A stretch of 64,000 bases of DNA, from positions 62,001 to 126,000 of the forward strand of contig NIVC01001465.1 of NCBI GenBank assembly GCA_002269645.1, read 5' to 3'. Each line of letters opens with the position of its first letter. Positions within the stretch are counted from its first letter, which is position 1. This DNA is from Macrostomum lignano (taxonomy: Eukaryota). This document shows positions 1-13,400 of this stretch, one piece after another. Below the pieces are notes generated by a model, which had not been told where the DNA came from, ran no database searches, and was given only the letters and a program-made list of their open reading frames with translations. Position numbers and translations under genes: made by a program.

Positions 1-1742
1 GTAGGGAGTGTAGGGGATGTAGGGGGTGTAGGGGATGTAGGGGATGTAGGGAGTGTAGGGGATGTAGGGGGTGTAGGGGATGTAGGGGATGTAGGGAGTG
101 TAGGGGATGTAGGGGATGTAGGGGGTGTAGGGAGTGTAGGGATGTAGGGGGTGTAGGGGATGTAGGGGATGTAGGGGGTGTAGGGGATGTAGGGAGTGTA
201 GGGGATGTAGGGGATGTAGGGGGTGTAGGGGATGTAGGGGGTGTAGGGGATGTAGGGAGTGTAGGGGATGTAGGGGGTGTAGGGAGTGTAGGGGATGTAG
301 GGGATGTAGGGGATGTAGGGAGTGTAGGGGATGTAGGGGGTGTAGGGATGTAGGGGATGTAGGGAGTGTAGGGGATGTAGGGGTGTAGGGAGTGTAGGGA
401 TGTAGGGGATGTAGGGGATGTAGGGAGTGTAGGCGATGTAGGGGTGTAGGGAGTGTAGGGGATGTAGGGGATGTAGGGGATGTAGGGAGTGTAGGGGATG
501 TAGGGGGTGTAGGGGATGTAGGGATGTAGGGAGTGTAGGGATGTAGGGGATGTAGGGGATGTAGGGAGTGTAGGGGATGTAGGGGGTGTAGGGGATGTAG
601 GGGATGTAGGGAGTGTAGGGAGTGTAGGGGGTGTAGGGGATGTAGGGGATGTAGGGGATGTAGGGGATGTAGGGAGTGTAGGGAGTGTAGGGGTGTAGGG
701 GATGTAGGGGGTGTAGGGGATGTAGGGGATGTAGGGGATGTAGGGAGTGTAGGGGATGTAGGCGGTGTAGGGGATGTAGGGGATGTAGGGAGTGTAGGGA
801 GTGTAGGGGGTGTAGGGATGTAGGGGATGTAGGGAGTGTAGGGAGTGTAGGGGATGTAGGGAGTGTAGGAAGTGTAGGGATGTAGGGAGTGTAGGGGATG
901 TAGGGAGTGTAGGGGATGTAGGGGATGTAGGTAGTGTAGGGAGTGTAGGGAGGGTAGGGAGTGTAGGGAGTGTAGGGAGTGTAGGGAGTGTAGGGGATGT
1001 AGGGGTGTAGGGGATGTAGGGAGTGTAGGGGATGTAGGGGATGTAGGGAGTGTAGGGAGTGTAGGGAGTGTAGGGAGTGTAGGGAGTGTAGGGGATGTAG
1101 GGGATGTAGGGAGTGTAGGGAGTGTAGGGAGTGTAGGGAGTGTAGGGAGTGTAGGGGATGTAGGGGGTGTAGGGGATGTAGGGAGTGTAGGGGATGTAGG
1201 GGATGTAGGGAGTGTAGGGAGTGTAGGGAGTGTAGGGAGTGTAGGGAGTGTAGGGGATGTAGGGGATGTAGGGAGTGTAGGTAGTGTAGGGAGTGTAGGG
1301 AGGGTAGGGAGTGTAGGGAGTGTAGGGAGTGTAGGGAGTGTAGGGGATGTAGGGGGTGTAGGGGATGTAGGGAGTGTAGGGGATGTAGGGGATGTAGGGA
1401 GTGTAGGGAGTGTAGGGAGTGTAGGGAGTGTAGGGAGTGTAGGGGATGTAGGGGATGTAGGGAGTGTAGGGAGTGTAGGGAGTGTAGGGGATGTAGGGGA
1501 TGTAGGGGATGTAGGGAGTGTAGGGAGTGTAGGGAGTGTAGGGGATGTAGGGGATGTAGGGGATGTAGGGAGTGTAGGGAGTGTAGGGAGTGTAGGGGAT
1601 GTAGGGGATGTAGGGGATGTAGGGAGTGTAGGGAGTGTAGGGAGTGTAGGGAGTGTAGGGAGTGTAGGGGATGTAGGGGATGTAGGGGATGTAGGGAGTG
1701 TAGGGAGTGTAGGGATGTAGGGGATGTAGGGGGTGTAGGGGG
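1..1742. repeat. G-rich 9-bp tandem repeat (GTAGGGGAT / GTAGGGAGT / GTAGGGGGT variants)
   Basis: Continuous array of 9-mers visible from base 1; truncated by the window edge. Confidence 0.97.
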
Positions 1743-2397
1743 TGCATGGAACGTAAGGCAATGCATTGGAGAATGCACGGGGAATGTAAATGTCAGAAAA
1801 GTAAACAGTAGCACTACATAAACTATTTGAGCGAATTCCTGCTGTTATTCTATTCAAGCCTTGTGAAAGCTTTCCATAGCTAGTAAGTGCATACAGTTCC
1901 CATCCATGAACTCATACTCACCCCCCCCCCCCCCAGAGAGACATTCGAGCGGCCAGACGAATCCCGAGTTTCACTGTGCGGTAGTCTGCATTATGCAATT
2001 CGAAATGATGGATTTCATTAAGGATGATGGACTGCAGCTCTTAATCCAGCCCGTATTAACCTTTCTGAAGACAGCTATTGCAATGGAGTTCGTCGGAGGC
2101 GATGCCCAGATAACTCTACTATTAGTAGAGAGTCAGTAGTTGCTGTAGTTAATCATGAAGTGCTGGCAAACAATTATTCAGATGCCTTGAGTCAGGATTT
2201 TTGCCCCGCTATTTCGATACGCTGAGAAGCTTCGTAGGACTTGACGGCAAAAAAAACTTCAACAAGAAGTGCACATCGAAAGATCTGAGCTGCTTCATTG
2301 ATGGGCTTCTATGATTAAAAAGCAGCATATTAGATTAATAAGCTGATAAGCGAACCAGCCACTTGACAGGTTTCCGTGGATTCTTGCTCAGGCAGCA

Positions 2398-3137
2398 CTG
2401 TCTCACCTGCCGCACAGTCTACTGTCTCACCTGCCGCACAGTCTACTGTCTCAGCTGCCGCACAGTCTACTGTCTCACCTGCCGCACAGTCTACTGTCTC
2501 ACCTGCCGCACAGTCTACTGTCTCACCTGCCGCACAGTCTACTGTCTCACCTGCCGCACAGTCTACTGTCTCACCTGCCGCACAGTCTACTGTCTCACCT
2601 GCCGCACAGTCTACTGTCTCACCTGCCGCACAGTCTACTGTCTCACCTGCCGCATAGTCTACTGTCTCACCTGCCGCATAGTCTACTGTCTCACCTGCCG
2701 CACAGTCTACTGTCTCACCTGCCGCACAGTCTACTGTCTCACCTGCCGCACAGTCTACTGTCTCACCTGCCGCACAGTCTACTGTCTCACCTGCCGCACA
2801 GTCTACTGTCTCACCTGCCGCACAGTCTACTGTCTCACCTGCCGCATAGTCTACTGTCTCACCTGCCGCACAGTCTACTGTCTCACCTGCCGCACAGTCT
2901 ACTGTCTCACCTGCCGCACAGTCTACTGTCTCACCTGCCGCACAGTCTACTGTCTCACCTGCCGCACAGTCTACTGTCTCACCTGCCGCACAGTCTACTG
3001 TCTCACCTGCCGCACAGTCTACTGTCTCACCTGCCGCACAGTCTACTGTCTCACCTGCCGCACAGTCTACTGTCTCACCTGCCGCACAGTCTACTGTCTC
3101 ACCTGCCGCACAGTCTACTGTCTCACCTGCCGCACAA
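2398..3137. repeat. 24-bp minisatellite (CACAGTCTACTGTCTCACCTGCCG), about 30 copies
   Basis: Near-perfect tandem copies; explains the AAGETVDC/CLTCRTVY repeat ORFs. Confidence 0.97.
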
Positions 3138-3829
3138 TGAACATTCATACACGAACCTAAAATCCAGTACATTCAGGGCAACTATAGGCCTTGCACTTTT
3201 GCGCGAGATCAGGTGGGCAGAGGCGGCTCTGCTACAAAAGAAAAGACAGCCACTACAGGCTACCGTCAGCAACAAAGCGCATATTGATAATAAAGGCCCT
3301 GAGCGGAAAGGCCGATGGACAATGCGCAGCGGGAATGATAGGACACTGCTGCAGTGACCGAAGCCCCTCTGTGCGATACACAGACGCTACACAGAATGAG
3401 GCGACCGGGGCGGATGCAGAATAGGGGGGGGGGTGGAGGTTCGAAGGCAATGGAGGGGGAAACAAACTGCCTGGTTAAAGGGGAAGGCGGGGCTGACTGA
3501 AGGAGAGGCTCGAATGTGAAACGGGAGACGGGGGGGGTAAGACTCCTGCGTTGTAATTAGCCGAGCTGAAGGATAGGGGGTTAGGGGGGGGGGGTGGGTA
3601 CTGCTCAGCTGCTCGACTGAGCGAGCTCGAGCTTTCTATGGGATCGGGGAGGATGGTCTACCGAGGCTGGTTGAGATCAGACATTGCGGCGAAGGAGAGT
3701 AAAATATAAGGTCAAGGTGCTTTTTTTCATGGCCATGCAAATTGACTGCAAACTGAATTTCTGGGATTTTTCTGCGATACGTAATTCAATATTTTAACTT
3801 GTACCATTTCGGCGCTGTGTGTGAGAGAC

Positions 3830-5420
3830 GAAGGGAAGAGGGGGCAGAGGAAAGAAGAGGGGGTATAGGGAGGGGGGAGAGAGACGAAGGGAGACGGGGA
3901 GAGACGACAAGAAGGGGAAGAGACGAGAAGAGACGAAGAGAGAGGGGGAGAGAGACAAAGGGAGAGGGGAGAGAGACGAAGGGAGAGGGGGAGAGAGACG
4001 AAGGGAGACGGGGAGAGAGACGAAGGGAAAGGGGAGAGAGACGAAGGGAGAGGGGAGAGAGACGAAGGGAGAGGGGGAGAGAGACGAAGGGAAAGGGGAG
4101 AGAGACGAAGGGAGAGGGGGAGACGAGAGGAGAGAGGAGAGACGAAGGGAGAGGGGGAGAGAGACGAAGGGAAAGGGGAGAGAGACGAAGGGAGAGGGGG
4201 AGACGAGAGGAGAGAGGAGAGACGAAGGGAGAGGGGGAGAGAGACGAAGGGAGACGGGGAGAGAGACAAAGGGAAAGGGGAGAGAGACGAAGGGAGAGGG
4301 GAGAGAGACGAAGGGAGAGGGGGAGAGAGACGAAGGGAGAGGGGAGAGAGACGAAGGGAGAGGGGGAGAGAGACGAATGGAGAGGGGAGAGAGACGAAGA
4401 GAGAGGGGAGAGAGACGAAGGGAGAGGGGGAGACGAAGGGAGAGAGGAGAGACGAAGGGAAAGGGGAGAGAGAGGAAGGGAGAAGGGAGAGAGACGAAGG
4501 GAAAGGGGAGAGAGACGAAGGGAGAGGGGAAGAGAGACGAAGGGAAAGGGGAGAGAGACGAAGGGAGAGGGGGAGAGACGAAGGGAAAGGGAGAGAGAGA
4601 CGAAGGGGGAGGGGGAGAGACGAAGGGAGAGGAGAGAGACGAAGGGAAAGCAGAGAGACGAAGGGAGAGGAGAGAGACGAAGGGAAAGCAGAGAGACGAA
4701 GGGAAAGCAGAGAGACGAAGGGGGAGGGGGAGAGACGAAGGGAGAGGAGAGACGAAGGGAGAGGGGGAGAGAGACGAAGGGAGAGGGGAGAGAGACGAAG
4801 GGAGAGGGGAGAGAGACGAAAGGAGAGGGGGAGAGAGACGAAGGGAAAGGGGGAGAGAGACGAAGGGAAAGGGGGAGAGATACGAAGGGAGATGGGGAGA
4901 GAGACGAAAGGAGAGGGGGAGAGATACGAAGGGAGATGGGGAGAGAGACGAAAGGAGAGGGGGAGAGAGACGAAGGGAAAGGGGGAGAGAGACGAAGGGA
5001 GAGGGGAGAGAGACGAAAGGAGAGGGGGAGAGATACGAAGGGAGATGGGGAGAGAGACGAAAGGAGAGGGGGAGAGAGACGAAGGGAAAGGGGGAGAGAG
5101 ACGAAGGGAGAGGGGAGAGAGACGAAAGGAGAGGGGGAGAGAGACGAAGGGAGATGGGGAGAGAGACGAAAGGAGAGGGGGAGAGAGACGAAGGGAAAGG
5201 GGGAGAGAGACGAAGGGAGAGGGGAGAGAGACGAAAGGAGAGGGGGAGAGAGACGAAGGGAAAGGGGGAGAGAGACGAAGGGAGAGGGGGAGAGAGACGA
5301 AGGGAGATGGGGAGAGAGACGAAGGGAGAGGGGGAGAGAGACGAAGGGAGATGGGGAGAGAGAGGAAGGGAGAATGGGAGAGAGACGAAGGGAGAGGAGA
5401 GAGACGAAGTGAGAAGGGGA
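3830..5420. repeat. Polypurine low-complexity repeat (GAGAGACGAAGGGA core)
   Basis: Almost pure A/G strand with recurring GAGACGAAGG units. Confidence 0.95.
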
Positions 5421-5864
5421 TGAGTGGGGGGAGATCAAGGGAGGGGAGAGATCAGAGCAGGGTGGGGGCAGATACGCCTGAAAAGAACAGCCGATTCTCA
5501 CATCAGCAGAGCAACTTTGCCTTTTCATTTGCCTCATTTTCTTCAAGCTTCAGTCCTGCGTGCGGTGATTTCGGCTCGGCAGGTATGGCTACAGTTTTCC
5601 CCGAGAAAAAGGAGCTCGAGGTGTCAAATGTGGAAAAAGGAACTCAGCGCGAGAGCCGGGCGCCTGGAAATTCCGACAAAGCTGAAAAAAATGATTACAA
5701 ATGGGATTTTGGGGCGGAATAGGATGAAGTGCAGCTTCACGACTTGTTGATCTGGACAGAATCTGGGTCTTTTGGAAATAAATTCTTTCCAAAAATTATC
5801 ATGATTCTGAGTTCATCTGTATTTTTATCTCCCGACACAGGCTGTTTATCTCTCGCGCCTCAAG

Positions 5865-6450
5865 GACTCGAATAGATAGATTGGATTGCTAATCTAGCCT
5901 GACAATGACTCGAATAGATAGAATGGATTGCTAATCTAGCCTGACAATGACTCGAATAGATAGAATGGATTGCTAATCTCGCCTCTCTTTAAGACTCGAA
6001 TAGATAGAATGGATTGCTAATCTAGCCTCTCTTTAAGACTCGAATAGATAGAATGGATTGCTAATCTCGCCTCTCTTAAAGACTCGAATAGATAGAATGG
6101 GTTGCTAATCTAGCCTACAATTACCCGAATAGCCAGAATGGATTGCTAATCTAGCCTGACAATGACTCGAATAGCCAGAATGGATTGCTAATCTAGCCCC
6201 TTAAAGACTCGAATAGATAGAATGGATTGCTAATCTAGCCTGACAATGACTCGAATAGCCAGAATGGATTGCTAATCTAGCCTCACAATGACTCGAATAG
6301 ATAGAATGGATTGCTAATCTAGCCTGACAATGACTCGAATAGATAGAATGGATTGCTAATCTAGCCTCACAATGACTCGAATAGCCAGAATGGATTGCTA
6401 ATCTAGCCTGACAATGACTCGAATAGCCAGAATGGATTGCTAATCTAGAC
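5865..6450. repeat. 42-bp minisatellite (GACTCGAATAGATAGAATGGATTGCTAATCTAGCCTGACAAT)
   Basis: About 13-14 diverged tandem copies. Confidence 0.95.
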
Positions 6451-7007
6451 CCAATGACCTCAATGAACTTCTTGAAGACTTCCCTCAACTCAAAAATTTT
6501 TCAGGTAAATCACTAACCTAATTAACATTCTAGTGTCATTATGGAGGCAAAACAAAACGCGGAGAAACAGGAGGGCTGTTAATAAGCACTCAGGCTCTCC
6601 CCTAATTGCAATCATCAGTTTTCCAGTTATTAATTCAAATTTTACCTGCACGCTTTGACAGGTAGGGGGTTTCTTCCCAGAGTGTTCAGGACTGTTTCGA
6701 GTCTTCTTTCTTTCTCAGGCAAGCAGAGGCCCATTTGGGAATGGCCAAGCTCAGTGGATCAAGGAACTTAATACCTGTAATTGCAGGCAGCCGGGGGCCA
6801 CTTGCAGGCCTCCCGAAACTTCAAAAGCTGCACTGCAATAGCATGCTTGTGGAGTAAGAGAGTCCGCAGGATCACCTGCTTGGCGTCCGTTGCTATGGAT
6901 ATCGGAATTGAAGACATGCTGATCGCCTCCATAGTGCTAGATCTCCCATAGAGTGGTACAAATGAAAAAAAATTAATTGAATTATCTGTAGTTACCGCAT
7001 TTCGACT

Positions 7008-7835
7008 TTGCCACAGCCACCCCAACCCCATTAGCCACAGCCACCCCAACCCCATTAGCCACAGCCACCCCAACCCCATTAGCCCACAGCCACCCCAACC
7101 CCATTAGCCCACAGCCACACCAGCCCCATTATCCACAGCCACCCAACCCCATTAGCCCACAGCCACCCCAACCCCATTAGCCACAGCCACCCAACCCCAT
7201 TAGCCACAGCCACCCTAACCCCATTAGCCCACAGCCACCCCAACCCCATTAGCCCACAGCCACCCCAACCCCATTAGCCCACAGTCACCCCAGCCCAATT
7301 AACCCACAGCCACCCAGCCCCTTTAGCCACAGCCACCCCAGCCCAATTAACCCACAGCCACACCAGCCCCTTTAGCCACAGCCACCCAGCCCCATTATCC
7401 ACAGCCACCCCAACCCCATTAGCCACAGCCACCCCAACCCCATTAGCCACAGTTACCCCAACCCCATTAGCCACAGCCACCCCAACCCCATTAGCCACAG
7501 TCACCCCAACCCCATTAGCCACAGTCACCCCAACCCCATTAGCCACAGCCACCCAACCCCATTAGCCCACAGTCACCCCAACCCCATTAGCCACAGTCAC
7601 CCCAACCCCATTAGCCACAGCCACCCAACCCCATTAGCCCACAGCCACCCCAACCCCATTAACCCACAGCCACACCAACCCCATTAGCCCACAGTCACCC
7701 CAACCCCATTAGCCACAGCCACCCCAACCCCATTAGCCCCACCCCAACCCCATTAGCCACAGCCACCCCAACCCCATTAGCCCCAGCCACCCCAACCCCA
7801 TTAGACACAGCCACCCCAATCCCATTAGCCACAGC
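7008..7835. repeat. 24-bp C-rich minisatellite (CCACAGCCACCCCAACCCCATTAG)
   Basis: Tandem copies with small indels. Confidence 0.95.
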
Positions 7836-8440
7836 CATTTTCCCCGCATCTAATAACAATAACGAAGGTCGATTTACATGTTAATAACAGCTAACAGTGG
7901 CTTACTGAAACGCTGACCCTTTGTCAGAAGTCTAAGCGTCGTGGTCTATATTTCAGTGGCAATTAATTGACTTTGACGAGAGCGATGCAGGACAGTGAGA
8001 CTTGAAGCAACAATGCATTCATTTTTATAAAACTTAGCTTTGCGTGCCAATTTGGGGACAAAAAACAAGACTGAAAAATAGGTTAATAACTATCACGAGA
8101 AAAACTTACTGGTAGCTAATAACAGGTAGTCACTTTTGCTGCCACGGCTGGTCAAGCTAGCTTAAAATGAATGCATCAACAAAGAACATTTAATCGACTA
8201 AACAGGATTTATTCAAACATGTACATCTACGAGTAGCTTACAAAAAGTTAAAACATTGTGAGGAGTATAAAACTTCACTTTAAATTCTTATCGCTTCTTG
8301 TTTTCGAATATTGCACAATAATTTTACTGAAAAACTTGCTTCCAGCCTATACTTGGCTCCTATTTGTCCCCTCTGTCCTCTCTGTTCAACATTTTCTCAA
8401 TTCAGAATACGCCAGTACTTTGCATAATTGTGCAAAGCTA

Positions 8441-8811
8441 GACACCCCACCTCACGTCCAGTCCCTCTGCCCCAAGATTCTATCCAATTTAGAGTGTACT
8501 ATAGACAATCCCACCTCCCGCTCAGTCCCTCTGCCCCAAGATTCTATCCAATTTAGAATGTACATAGCCTAATTGTACAGAGCTAGACAACCCCACCTCA
8601 CGCCCAGTCCCTCTGCCCCAAGATTCTATCCAATTTAGAATGTACATAGCCTAATTGTACAGAGCTAGACAACCCCACCTCACGCCCAGTCCCTCTGCCC
8701 CAAGATTCTATCCAATTTAGAATGTACATAGCCTAATTGTACAGAGCTAGACAACCCCACCTCACACCCAGTCCCTCTGCCCCAAGATTCTATCCAATTT
8801 AGAATGTACAT
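8441..8811. repeat. 82-bp tandem repeat, about 4.5 copies
   Basis: CCTAATTGTACAGAGCTAGAC recurs at 8568, 8650 and 8732 (period 82). Confidence 0.9.
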
Positions 8812-9879
8812 TGTCGGGCTGAACTAAGCAAGTCAGTCCGTCTCGTCTATTACCTTTCTTTCTGAACCTAACACGACGGTTTGACTTTTTGAGTCAGCTG
8901 CCGGTTGCACGTTGCAAGTCGTAAAAGTGCAAATTTACATTCACATACTTAAACCAAAGCTGATTGTTGGTAAAACAGAAGACGAGACACAACTTCCCAA
9001 AAGTGCTTTACACATCAACCGCCAAATAGGAAAACTAAAATTTTGTACAGGGTGTAAAAAGCTTAGCTTGGTATTGTCAGATAACAGAAAGTTAATTAAA
9101 ATATTTGAGAAAAAGAAACCGAAAAAGCAAGAGGTAAACACAATTGCGTTCCTATAGCTAAAAATTACAAAAGCAGCACACATAGTGGACAATAAATTTG
9201 ATGTGAATCGCGCGTTCTTCGTTACTGAGAGGGCCAACAGATTTTATGAATACCCTTGTGATTGTGGGAAGGTCAGGTGGCAGGAAACGGGAAGATTCAA
9301 GACAATGGGTACCAGGGGTTTCCGGGACTGCCCTGCAGATCACTTCCTCATTCCTCCACTCTCGTCTTGCTCTTGTACCTGAGTATCTGCAGCCCCCCGC
9401 CCCCCTCGAATCCCGGATCGTGATTCGACACAATAGATGAAGGTTAAAAAACAGTGGGGGAATGTTAGAAGACGGGTTATGCACTTTTAGACGCTTTTGT
9501 TAAGGATTTGGTCGAATTGGTTTAGTCAAATTGGCAACTACTAGATAAACTCATATCCAGGCCCTTATAACGAATTCAATTTAAATTGCAACCCAAAGTG
9601 CAAAATGGTTTGAACAATCTGACACGAAATACAAATTTTCGAAACGAACATTTACGAGCGAAGAAAAATTGACTTTTGAACAAATATTAAAACTGATAGC
9701 CCTTTCGCACTCTAGAGTGTCACTCTCTGTCAACTCTGTTGTCACTCTGTCTTTTATTCTAATTTCCCCTTGATTTGTCACTCGATTTGTGACTCCCTCA
9801 GTCACTTTCCGTCACGATTATGCCAATCCATATTTCCCTATGCTATACTTTATTTGCGACTCCTGTCACTATCAGGCAC

Positions 9880-10400
9880 TCTATTTGTCTCTCTTTTTGT
9901 CACTCTATTTGTCACTCTATTTGTCACTCTATTTGTCACTCTATTTGTCACTCTATTTGTCCCTCTATTTGTCACTCTATTTGTCACTCTATTTGTTTCT
10001 CTATTTGTTCCTCTATTTGTCACTCTATTTGTCACTCTATCAGTCACTCTATTTCTCACTCTATCTGTCAGTCTATTTCTCACTCTATTTGTCACACTAT
10101 TTGTCACTCTATCAGTCACTTTATTAGTTACTTTCTTCGTCACTCTATCAGTCACTCTATTTGTCACTTTACAAATCACTCTGTCAACCATTCTATTTGT
10201 GACTCTATCACTCTATTTGTCACTCTATTTGTCACTCTATCAGTCAGTCTATTTCTCACTCTATTTGTCACACTATTTGTCACTATCAGTCACTTTATTT
10301 GTCACTCTAAAAATCACTCTATCAGTCACTCTATCAACCATTCTATTTGTCAATCTATCAGTCACTCTTTTTGTCACTCCATCAGTCACTCTTTTTGTCA
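9880..10400. repeat. 12-bp repeat (GTCACTCTATTT) immediately downstream of the HDAC stop codon
   Basis: Tandem 12-mers, degenerating distally. Confidence 0.93.
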
Positions 10401-10425
10401 CTCTATTTATCACTCTCTTCCCAGC

Positions 10426-13400
10426 TCACGCAAAGCTGAGGCTGCCCAGCAGCCTGGTGGCCTCCTCAACGCTCATCTGCACGGAGTCGGGCAGCAGCAG
10501 GTGCAGAAAGGAGCCCCAGTAGGGCCGGTGCACTTCGGCCACCCGGCAGATGGTGGCCACGGAGCTGGCGTTCGGCCGGCGGCGCAGCTCGGTCTCGGCC
10601 AGGCTGGGCGGCGGCTCGCCCAGCAGCACCCGCAGGCAGGCCTCCACGCACAGCGGCAGCGTCTGCAGGTCGTAGCCGCCCTCCAACGCCAGCAGCAGCT
10701 TCGGGGTGGTCGCAGCCAGTTGGGCGGTCAGCAGGGCGAAGCACTCAGGGCTGACCAGGTAGCCGCCCAGGTGATTCGGGTGCCCCCTGGCCGCGTCGAA
10801 GCCGGCGGAGACGAGCAGCAGGCTCGGCGAGAACTCGTTGAGCATGGGCAGCACGAGGGTGCGGAAGGCGGCCAGGTACTCGGCGTCGCCCATCGGCTCG
10901 CCCTGCCAGGCGATGTTGACGTTGCGGCCGCGGCCGTCGGCCTGGCCAACCTCCTCGATGCCGCCGCTGCCGGGGAAGAAGCGGCCATCGTCGAACCGGT
11001 GCAGCGATATGTACAGCACGGCCGGGTCCGAGTAGAAGGCCGACTGGAAAAGAAGGTCACGATGAACTTTTGTTGGTACGGATGCAGGTGAGGCAACGAC
11101 CCTAAGAAAATAAGGTCATGATGAACTTTAGTAATGTACAAGTATGAACATAGGCAGGGAGATTGAGGACACCTCATTCATCCAATCCAAATCCATCCTG
11201 AATTTTCGGTGAAAACAAAATATCGGTAGATACCTGACAATGAGAAAGCCGATAGGGCCGCTGTGCTCACTGTGTGCATGTGTGACTGTGTGTTCAGGCC
11301 GCTGTGCTCATTGTGTGCTAGCGTGACTATGTGCTCAGGCCGCTGTGCTCATTGTGTGCGTGTGTGACTGTGTGCTCAGGCCGCTGTGCTCATTGTGTGC
11401 TAGCGTGACTATGTGCTCAGGCCGCTGTGCTCATTGTGTGCGTGTGTGACTGTGTGCTCAGGCCGCTGTGCTCATTGTGTGCTAGCGTGACTATGTGCTC
11501 AGGCCGCTGTGCTCATTGTGTGCGTGTGTGACTGTGTGCTCAGGCCGCTGTGCTCATTGTGTGCTAGCGTGACTATGTGCTCAGGCCGCTGTGCTCATTG
11601 TGTGCGTGTGTGACTGTGTGCTCAGGCCGCTGTGCTCATTGTGTGCGTGTGTGACTGTGTGCTCAGGCCGCTGTGCTCATTGTGTGCGTGTGTGACTGTG
11701 TGCTCAGGCCGCTGTGCTCATTGTGTGCTAGCGTGACTTTCAAGCGAGACGTCTCACCTGCGTGCCGTTGCCATGGTGAACGTCCCAGTCGACGATGGCC
11801 ACCTTGGCAGCCTGGCCGGAGCGCACGAGGCTCTTGGCGGCGATGGCCACGGAGTTGAAGTAGCAGTATCCCAGCGGGTGGTCCCAGCCAGCGTGGTGGC
11901 CGGGCGGCCGCACCAGCGCCAGGCCGTTGCGGCAGTCTCCGAGAGCGATGCGCTGGCAGAGCTCCAGCAGGGCGCCGACGGCCAGCCGGCAGGCGTTCGG
12001 CGTCCCCGGCTCCGTCCAGACGGTGTCCTCGTCAACGCCGAGGCCGCCGCAGGGCAGACTGACTGCGCGGAAGCCGGCGAGCAGCGCGGGGTCGAGGTGC
12101 GAGCGTTGCGCCGGCTGCGTGGCGTGCAGGGCGCAGTAGGCGTCGGAGTGGTTCAGCTGCAGTTCCTCCAGGGTGGCGCGCCGGGGCCGCACGAGGACGC
12201 AGCGGCTGACCAGGCCGGTTTCGTTAAGATGGCGCCACACCACCTGGAGAAAGAGAAGAGCGCTGGGGTTGACTTTCTTGGTAAATGTTTTTGGTTACTA
12301 TAAAGTATTTTTATCCACAACTGAACAAATAAAAATTAAAAACGAAAGTCGGAAGAAGAGATGGATGGCAGCACTAGAAGTGAAAATTAACGGGAACTCT
12401 AGAATATTCAGTCTTTGAACAACAAAAAAACAAAAAAAACACCGTTAAAAATTGTAACAAAAATAACAGGATAAAAAACGAAGACAAACAAGATCCTCAC
12501 AAAGAACAGCAGTCGTCATTAAAACAAATCATAACAAAAAGCAACAGCACCGTTAAAACAAATCATAACAAAAAGCAACAGCACCGTTAAAACAAATCAT
12601 AACAAAAAGCAACAGCATCATTAAAACAAATCATAACAAAAAGCAACAGCATCATTAAAACAAATCATAACAAAAAGCAACAGCACCGTTAAAACAAATC
12701 ATAACAAAAAGCAACAGCATCATTAAAACAAATCATAACAAAAAGCAACAGCATCATTAAAACAAATCATAACAAAAAGCAACAGCATCATTAAAACAAA
12801 TCATAACAAAAAGCAACAGCATCATTAAAACAAATCATAACAAAAAGCAACAGCATCATTAAAACAAATCATAACAAAAAGCAACAGCATCGTTAAAACA
12901 AATCATAACAAAAAACAGCAGCATCATTTAAACAAGTCATAACAAAATACAATGAAAACGGACACAGCAACAAACAAGAGAAGCAAATAAATATAGAAAC
13001 AAGATCAATGCTTGAGAAAATGCCCAACGATTGCGAGAAGAAAGTATTCGGTACAAATGCAACCGCCCTGAAAAGCCATCCGCCCTGCACTCTTTCTCGC
13101 GCCCATCTAAATAATTCGAGCCCATATCTATCAATCAATCCTCCCTTTGTGTTGCTGCGGCTATCTATAAACCCCCCCCCCGTCTTTGTGCCCGGCACTC
13201 CGCCTTCTCAAATTCATCCTTTGTGGCGTTGATGTCCATCTTATTATTTTGCCTGAGGCTGCAGTGAGTAGGCATGGATTTACTCTACTATTTGTCACAC
13301 ACTGATTGCCTCTAATCCACATGATAAAACATAGCACTTTATTTTTAAGGAGAAAACGACAAAGGGGCGCCACTCTTAAGTGTTTAGGGGCGCCAATCTT

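Noticed and set aside
1-1742. True telomere
   Set aside because: The unit is a 9-mer mixture, not a canonical TTAGGG-type repeat, and the G-rich strand does not run toward an end at the 3' side.
2398-3137. CRISPR-like or repeat-protein interpretation of this and other arrays
   Set aside because: Units are head-to-tail with no unique spacers, there are no cas genes, and the DNA is eukaryotic.
3786-5546. 586-aa Ser/Pro/Leu and 537-aa Arg/Glu/Gly ORFs
   Set aside because: Products of the polypurine low-complexity tract; open in several frames on both strands.
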